From assembly GCA_011048615.1 (NCBI GenBank), contig DSDT01000198.1, forward strand, positions 1 to 40,952: a DNA stretch of 40,952 bases, written 5' to 3'. Below the pieces are notes generated by a model, which saw nothing but the letters and a program-made list of their open reading frames with translations, ran no database searches and was not told where the DNA came from. Positions 35,263-40,952 of the stretch are shown here, in pieces. This DNA comes from Chloroflexota bacterium. Its GTDB lineage: Bacteria > Chloroflexota > Anaerolineae > B4-G1. A program made the translations under genes and the position numbers. Position 1 is the stretch's first letter. Each line of letters opens with the position of its first letter.

Positions 35263-38262
35263 CTAAGAGGTGTGGCTTAAGGGCAACCAGACAGTAAACG
35301 TGCTGCCGTGGTTTACCTCGCTGGTCACTGTGATCCGTCCACCGTGCAATTCTACGATTTCGCGGGCGATGGCCAATCCCAGCCCTGTTCCTGAAATCTT
35401 GAGCTTTCGGGGATGAGAGCCCCGGAAGAATCGCTCAAAGATATGCGACAGCTCCTGTGGGGGGATGCCCAATCCTGTGTCCACCACCGTCGCGACGGCC
35501 CAGGTCCGGTCATCCAGGTAATCGCTTCCCGTGGAAACGACCACTCGACCCCCGGCCGGGGTATAGTGAAGGCTGTTTTCCACCAGATTGTTCAGCACTT
35601 GCATCATCCGTTCTGGGTCTACCTGCACGATGGGGCCTGGATTCGCCGGATGATGCTCTAGCGATAGCTGTTTGTCGTGGGCCAAGATTTGATGTCCCAG
35701 CACGGCATTCTCGGTCAGCTCATTGAGATCGAGCCTTCGAGTCGCCAGTTCCATTCGCCTCCCATCTATTCTGGATATCTGCAAGATATTCTCCACCAAC
35801 CTCGCTTGCCGATCTACCTCTTGTATCAGCGCGTCCAGGTATTCCCCCCGTTTTTCCATCGGCGCTTGTTGGATCAACGTGGCGTACAGTTTGATCGTCG
35901 TGATGGGATTGCGCAACTCGTGAGAGACATCGGAGACGAAGCGGTTCTTCATCCGGTCCAGCGCTTTGAGGTGTGTGACGTCGTGGACGACGATGACGAC
36001 GGCAGCGGCGGCATCTTCTCCATCCAGATACCCGATCGGCGCGGCCACGAGTTCCAGATCGAACCCGGACAGCTCCAGTATGGTGACCGGCTGCTCGGCG
36101 GCTCGCAGGGCCAACTCCTGAACCGCATCGTAGAACTGCTGCCCATCCTGCGGCCTCAGGATGTGGGTGAGCCACGATTGGGCGATGGGGTTCGTTTGCA
36201 GGATCTCCCCCCGAGCGTCGGCGACGATGATCCCATCGGTGGTGCTGCTCAGGATCGCTTCCAGGCGGGCGTTCTGGGCTTGAAGTTGGGCAGTGCGGCG
36301 CTGCACCCGTTCCTCCAACTGGACAGCGTGGGTTTGGAGCTGACGGTACAGTTGAGCGTTTTCGATAGCGATGGCGGCCTGGGCAGCAAAGGCCTCGGCC
36401 AGGCGGGCGTGTTTCTGGGTGTAGAATCTCGACTCCTGTTTGTCCAGGGTGATCATGCCCACCAGGTGCTCGCCGACTTGCATAGGCACGCCCAACCAGG
36501 AACAAATCCCGGCCTGGGCGTGGGGTTCACGGCGAAACTCGGCATAGTCTGCCATCGCATTCTCGACGATAAAGGGTCTCCGGGTGCGGATCACCTGGTC
36601 GTTCGGACTTTCTTCTCCCAGGGGGAAGGAAAGACCAATGATCTCCTCCAAGTTGGGGAAGCCGCGCCCTCCCACGATCCTGGTTTGGTCACCTTCGAGC
36701 AGTTGGACCGATGCGCTGTCGTAGGGCACGACCTGCTGCAGTTGGGCCAATATCCGTTCGATCACTTCCTCTCGATCCAGAGTTGTCGCCAGGGCCAGCG
36801 CCGCTTTGCGTAACGTCTCTGCCTCCTGGCGTTGTTGGCGCTCTGCCTCGAATAGACGGGCGTTGACGATGGCCGCCGCCACGGCGGCGGCGGCTGATTC
36901 CGCCAGACGGAGATGCTCGACGGTGAAAAAACCAACCTGGTCGCTGTAGATGCTCATCCCGCCGACCAACTCCTCCCCGCTGATGAGGGGCACGCTGAGG
37001 GCCGAATAGACCCAATCATCCAATCCGGCTATCGTGATCCATCGCTCGTCCTGCATCACGTTGCTTACCAGAGTTGGGCGTTGGTGTGCGGCTGCCCAGC
37101 CGAGCAATCCCTTGCCTACCCGCAGGTTGATCCGGCGATCCAGAATCTCGACCGACTCGGCGTCGTAACCGGAGACGGCCACCAATCGCAAGCGATCGTC
37201 CTGCGGTGCGCGGACCATCACGACGCCGCGCAGGGCCCCCAACACGTGGCATATCTCGTCCAGGGCCCACTGAGCCACGTCGTGTACGTCCAGGCTCTCT
37301 GCCAGCCGCTGACTCAGCCGGTAGAGCAGGTCCATGTGCTCTTTTTCCTGTTCCAGCGAGTCCAACAGCAACCGGTTCTCCACCGCAGTAGCGACCTGAT
37401 CGGCGTAGGCCCGAATCCGACGCAGGTGTTGGTCCGGCATATCCCGTAGCGAGTCGGCGCTGCCAAAGTTCAAAAATCCGATGGGACGGCCCCGGGGATT
37501 CAGTCCGGTTATCACCAGACCCCGTACGTCCACGGCCTGCAACATCACGTGAATGTGATCGGGAATAGGCCCCGGAGGGTCATGAATGTCGGCATAGACC
37601 AGCACAAAATCGGGTTCATGCAGCAAGCGGTGGACGATGGGCGAATCGGGCACCGAGATGTCAACGATGGGCGGCTTTGCGTTCCACGTATCTCCTTGCA
37701 CGTATCCGCTGAACGCGTCGCATCGTGTGGGCGCGCCTCTCGCGTCGGTGGCCGAGACCAGGACCAGGGAACAGTAGAATAACCCCAGCGTAGCGGCTCC
37801 CTCCGCGGCTGCTCGTACAATATCATCTAGCGAGGTGGCTTCGCCGATGGCGCGGATGGCCCGGTAGAGGGATTCCATCTCTAGCGTCAGGTACTGCTTT
37901 TCCAGGGCCTGTTTGATCGTCGCCAGGACGTATTCTATGTTCAAAGGCTTGGTGACGTAGGCGTATGCGCCCTCGTTGAGCGCGCGCACAGCCGTTTCCA
38001 TGGATGCGTGAGCGGTCACCATGATCACCATCATAGGGGGATATGTCTTTTTCAAGGTGCTCAACAACTCGGTCCCCGCGATGTCCGGCAGCCGGATGTC
38101 TAGCAGCGTCAGGTTGAATGGATGTTCGTGGGCTTTGTCCAGGGCCTCGTATCCCGTTCCAGCCGTCTCTACCTCATACCCTCGTTTTTTGAGTATAAGG
38201 GATAGACTGTCACGGACCCCTTCATCGTCATCGACGATGAGGATGTGCTGGCCTTTGTTCAT
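35263..38262 (-). CDS. Cytoplasmic hybrid sensor kinase REC-GAF-GAF-GAF-PAS-HisKA-HATPase
   Basis: LLDIRLPD receiver; three GAF segments ending AVENRLL, AIVNARLF and AIENAQLY; PAS-like DGIIVAD.RGEILQTNP; SHELRNP; DTGLGIP, GTGLGLAI; no TM helix. Confidence 0.88.
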   Translation of the reverse strand: MNKGQHILIVDDDEGVRDSLSLILKKRGYEVETAGTGYEALDKAHEHPFNLTLLDIRLPDIAGTELLSTLKKTYPPMMVIMVTAHASMETAVRALNEGAYAYVTKPLNIEYVLATIKQALEKQYLTLEMESLYRAIRAIGEATSLDDIVRAAAEGAATLGLFYCSLVLVSATDARGAPTRCDAFSGYVQGDTWNAKPPIVDISVPDSPIVHRLLHEPDFVLVYADIHDPPGPIPDHIHVMLQAVDVRGLVITGLNPRGRPIGFLNFGSADSLRDMPDQHLRRIRAYADQVATAVENRLLLDSLEQEKEHMDLLYRLSQRLAESLDVHDVAQWALDEICHVLGALRGVVMVRAPQDDRLRLVAVSGYDAESVEILDRRINLRVGKGLLGWAAAHQRPTLVSNVMQDERWITIAGLDDWVYSALSVPLISGEELVGGMSIYSDQVGFFTVEHLRLAESAAAAVAAAIVNARLFEAERQQRQEAETLRKAALALATTLDREEVIERILAQLQQVVPYDSASVQLLEGDQTRIVGGRGFPNLEEIIGLSFPLGEESPNDQVIRTRRPFIVENAMADYAEFRREPHAQAGICSWLGVPMQVGEHLVGMITLDKQESRFYTQKHARLAEAFAAQAAIAIENAQLYRQLQTHAVQLEERVQRRTAQLQAQNARLEAILSSTTDGIIVADARGEILQTNPIAQSWLTHILRPQDGQQFYDAVQELALRAAEQPVTILELSGFDLELVAAPIGYLDGEDAAAAVVIVVHDVTHLKALDRMKNRFVSDVSHELRNPITTIKLYATLIQQAPMEKRGEYLDALIQEVDRQARLVENILQISRIDGRRMELATRRLDLNELTENAVLGHQILAHDKQLSLEHHPANPGPIVQVDPERMMQVLNNLVENSLHYTPAGGRVVVSTGSDYLDDRTWAVATVVDTGLGIPPQELSHIFERFFRGSHPRKLKISGTGLGLAIAREIVELHGGRITVTSEVNHGSTFTVWLPLSHTS

Positions 38263-38315
38263 CTCTTGTCGCTTGGTGATCTGATCTCTAAGGGTTGACC
38301 GAATACGCTTATTCT

Positions 38316-38344
38316 ATCCTATCACCTTATTTGACAAACGTCAA
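38316..38344 (-). promoter_or_regulatory. Candidate promoter for the kinase pair, with a TTGAC-N4-GTCAA palindrome over the -35
   Basis: Minus strand TTGACG-17 bp-TAGGAT; palindrome at 38331-38344. Confidence 0.5.
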
Positions 38345-38370
38345 GACGTTCCGGCGTGGGGTAAAGCCAA

Positions 38371-38401
38371 GCGCCCGGCGACTAGAGGAGAGGCCGGGCG
38401 C
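38371..38401 (-). terminator. Hairpin after leuS
   Basis: GCGCCCGGC / GCCGGGCGC 9-bp stem followed by TTGGCTTT on the minus strand. Confidence 0.5.
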
Positions 38402-38426
38402 CTGACGGCTGGCAGAATTCGCGACG

Positions 38427-40952
<2,526 letters not shown>

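Overview
Bacterial chromosomal window, most likely Chloroflexota (Anaerolineae-like); this is inferred from gene content, PT/PTEAP-rich lipoprotein linkers, a sortase next to murJ and GAF-rich kinases. It is mainly housekeeping DNA: mtaB-hinT; rpsU-yqeY-pgpH-ybeY-dgkA-greA; rpsO-pnp-lepB; murJ; tRNA-Val(CAC); a SAM-I riboswitch ahead of an archaeal-type SAM synthetase; and a partial leuS. It also carries two-component systems and a sugar/glycerol-3-phosphate-type ABC importer. The most notable region is a tightly packed minus-strand redox operon at 28419-34079: glutaredoxin, ferredoxin:thioredoxin-reductase-like catalytic subunit, SagB-type nitroreductase, OsmC, peroxiredoxin-like protein, ferritin-like/rubrerythrin protein, and 2-oxoacid:ferredoxin oxidoreductase alpha/beta. 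Its peroxiredoxin-like gene (31696-32187), which the ORF track truncates, has an in-frame TGA in a UxxC motif followed by a SECIS-like hairpin, so it is very probably a selenoprotein. The operon looks like a 2-oxoacid/ferredoxin-fuelled, NAD(P)H-independent thiol/selenol antioxidant chain. Other points: an Asp-to-Glu pseudo-receiver, a cluster of REP/BIME-like palindromes, a probable 5.6-kb local inversion, a ~120-aa insertion in the LeuRS editing domain, and structured leaders on rpsU and pnp. No CRISPR array, integrase or transposase was seen. All family assignments come from motif recognition, not database searches.
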